From the IMG/VR virus record IMGVR_UViG_2667527666_000002, positions 1 to 17,684 of that record: a DNA stretch of 17,684 nucleotides; one strand, given 5' to 3'. A program made the translations under genes and the position numbers. This document shows positions 16,389 to 17,684 of this stretch, piece after piece. Every line of letters begins with the position of its first letter. Position 1 is the first letter of the stretch. This DNA comes from a virus. Its lineage: Duplodnaviria > Heunggongvirae > Uroviricota > Caudoviricetes. The notes below the pieces were generated by a model, which made no database searches, was not told where the DNA came from, and saw only the letters and a program-made list of their open reading frames with translations.

Positions 16389-16886
16389 ATGAAATCATTA
16401 ACCCTCTTCAATTAACCAATTCGTATCGGTGAAGATGGCATGATCTGCCTCACTGATATGTGGAAAGCCAGTGGTAAAAGTGAATCTGAATCGCCTTACC
16501 ACTACCTGCGAAACAAGCAGACCAAAGAGTTCTTAGCCGAGCTGGAGAAAAACCACGAATCTGTGGTTTTTACTGAGCGCGGTGTACACGGTGGAACATA
16601 TGGCGGGAAGTTTGTTGCTTACGATTATGCGGCTTGGTTAAACCCCGGGTTCAAGTACGCGGCCTATAAAGTCCTCGATGACTACTTCACCGGAGAACTT
16701 CAGCATCGCAACAGCTTAAGTGCGCAGCTCAACATGAAATGTCATGAGTTTGACCAGAAGAAAGACATGGCGAGCTTCTGCGGACAAGGGCTGGCAGCAT
16801 GGCGCTATACTAAGCCAGTGTTGGTCGCTGAGATTAACTCCCTGGCTAACCAGCTGCAGATTACGATCCCCGGGCTTCCGGGATGA
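16389..16886 (+). pseudogene. KilA-N domain gene, paralogous to 10967-11776, with an in-frame TAA at codon 9 (16413-16415); a product may still be made from the internal ATG at 16440
   Basis: ATG at 16389 (MKSLTLFN), in-frame TAA, then the same frame continues PIRIGEDGMICLTDMWKASGK...GTYGGKFVAYDYAAWLNPGF (KilA-N signature), aligning with the N-terminus of the intact paralog. Confidence 0.5.
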
Positions 16887-17146
16887 GTGATCATGTTATT
16901 GAATGCGCCTCCAGAGCGGGGCGCGACTTCTCAGAGTTCATGAAAGGCGAGAAGGGCATGATGGAAGCATTGGCCTCGGTGGACGAGTTTGGCGAGCAGC
17001 TGCGCCTCAACGGCTGTGTCAATCATCACTTTGTTAGCTACATGATGCGGAACTCGATCATGCAGGCATTCATGGACATGGCAAAAGCCGAGAGGAAAGA
17101 AGAGCGCCGGCGTAAGCGAGCGGAAGCAAAAGCAAAAGTGAAGTAG
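16883..17146 (+). CDS. Hypothetical phage protein, 87 aa, Lys/Arg/Glu-rich C-terminus
   Basis: ATG at 16883 overlaps the upstream stop (ATGA coupling); protein-like composition; no family recognised. Confidence 0.5.
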   Translation: MSDHVIECASRAGRDFSEFMKGEKGMMEALASVDEFGEQLRLNGCVNHHFVSYMMRNSIMQAFMDMAKAERKEERRRKRAEAKAKVK

Positions 17147-17303
17147 CCATTACAAAGCCCATTTACGGGTGGGCTTGATAATGAAACCGGAATTTATTCT
17201 GGGCCACCAGTTAACGGCAGTACCACGAAACAACCCAAGCCAGTAAGTGGGGAAATAACACCGGCAGCCACTGAAAGATGAACCTCCTGCCTTATGGCAA
17301 AAA

Positions 17304-17684
17304 TGAACCGCCCCGGGAATCCTGGAGACTAAACTTCCTGAGAAAGAGGTAAACAGGATGACTAAAAATACTCGTTTTTCCCCCGAAGTCCGTCAACGGG
17401 CAGTCCGTATGGTTCTGGAAAGTCAGAGCGAATATGACTCACAATGGGCGACAATTTGTTCCATTGCTCCAAAGATTGGCTGTACGCCGGAGACTCTGCG
17501 TGTCTGGGTTCGCCAGCATGAGCGGGATACCGGGGGCGGTGATGGAGGGCTCACCACCGCTGAACGTCAGCGTCTGAAAGAGCTGGAACGTGAAAATCGT
17601 GAACTGCGCCGCAGTAACGATATCCTTCGCCAGGCTTCCGCTTATTTTGCGAAGGCGGAGTTCGACCGCCTCTGGAAAAAATGA
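17304..17684 (+). mobile_element. Second IS629/IS1203-like element, opposite orientation to the first, truncated by the window end
   Basis: Left inverted repeat TGAACCGCCCCGGGAATCCTGGAGACTAAACTTCCTG begins at 17304 and matches the reverse complement of 9657-9693; orfA follows. Confidence 0.9.
17358..17684 (+). CDS. IS629-like transposase OrfA, 108 aa
   Basis: Translation identical to the OrfA of the first IS copy; stop TGA at 17682-17684. Confidence 0.9.
   Translation: MTKNTRFSPEVRQRAVRMVLESQSEYDSQWATICSIAPKIGCTPETLRVWVRQHERDTGGGDGGLTTAERQRLKELERENRELRRSNDILRQASAYFAKAEFDRLWKK

Noticed and set aside
1-17684. CRISPR array or other short regularly spaced direct repeats
   Set aside because: No repeat-spacer periodicity was seen; the only regularly spaced repeats are the operator dyads and the hairpin cluster after Q.

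Overview
The window reads as an Escherichia coli-type chromosome: the complete proA gene (1-1254) and tRNA-Thr(CGU) thrW (1369-1444), followed from 1459 to the window end by a lambdoid prophage integrated at thrW. From left to right the prophage carries: a tyrosine integrase (apparently frameshifted) and excisionase; a leftward early operon of five tightly coupled accessory genes (101-aa protein, DUF551 protein, HD-domain phosphohydrolase, 274-aa and 120-aa proteins, resembling the yfdP-yfdT module of K-12 cryptic prophage CPS-53 as recalled from memory); a roughly 700-bp structured region with no convincing ORF where lambda would carry N/rexAB; a divergent CI-like (S24 peptidase) repressor and Cro-like regulator with TTGCG-N5-TGCAA operator repeats; a CII/YdaT-like gene; a replication-initiator gene truncated by an IS629-like IS3-family element (8384-9693); a Dam-type methyltransferase remnant; a nin-like block (LexA-DBD-like protein, RusA, KilA-N antirepressor, DUF968, Q antiterminator); an OmpC-family porin on the opposite strand; an AT-rich spacer with an intrinsic terminator; a phage-21-type lysis cassette (pinholin, SAR endolysin, Rz with embedded Rz1); a second KilA-N gene with an in-frame stop; and a second, inverted IS629 copy running off the window end. 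Several genes carry apparent inactivating lesions, so this looks like a decaying prophage that keeps an intact immunity region and lysis cassette. I could not confirm a complete novel system; the strongest unexplained signals are the structured non-coding region at 5398-6099 and the early-left accessory cassette. All identifications rest on reading the translations and sequence directly and on recalled family features; no database search was run.
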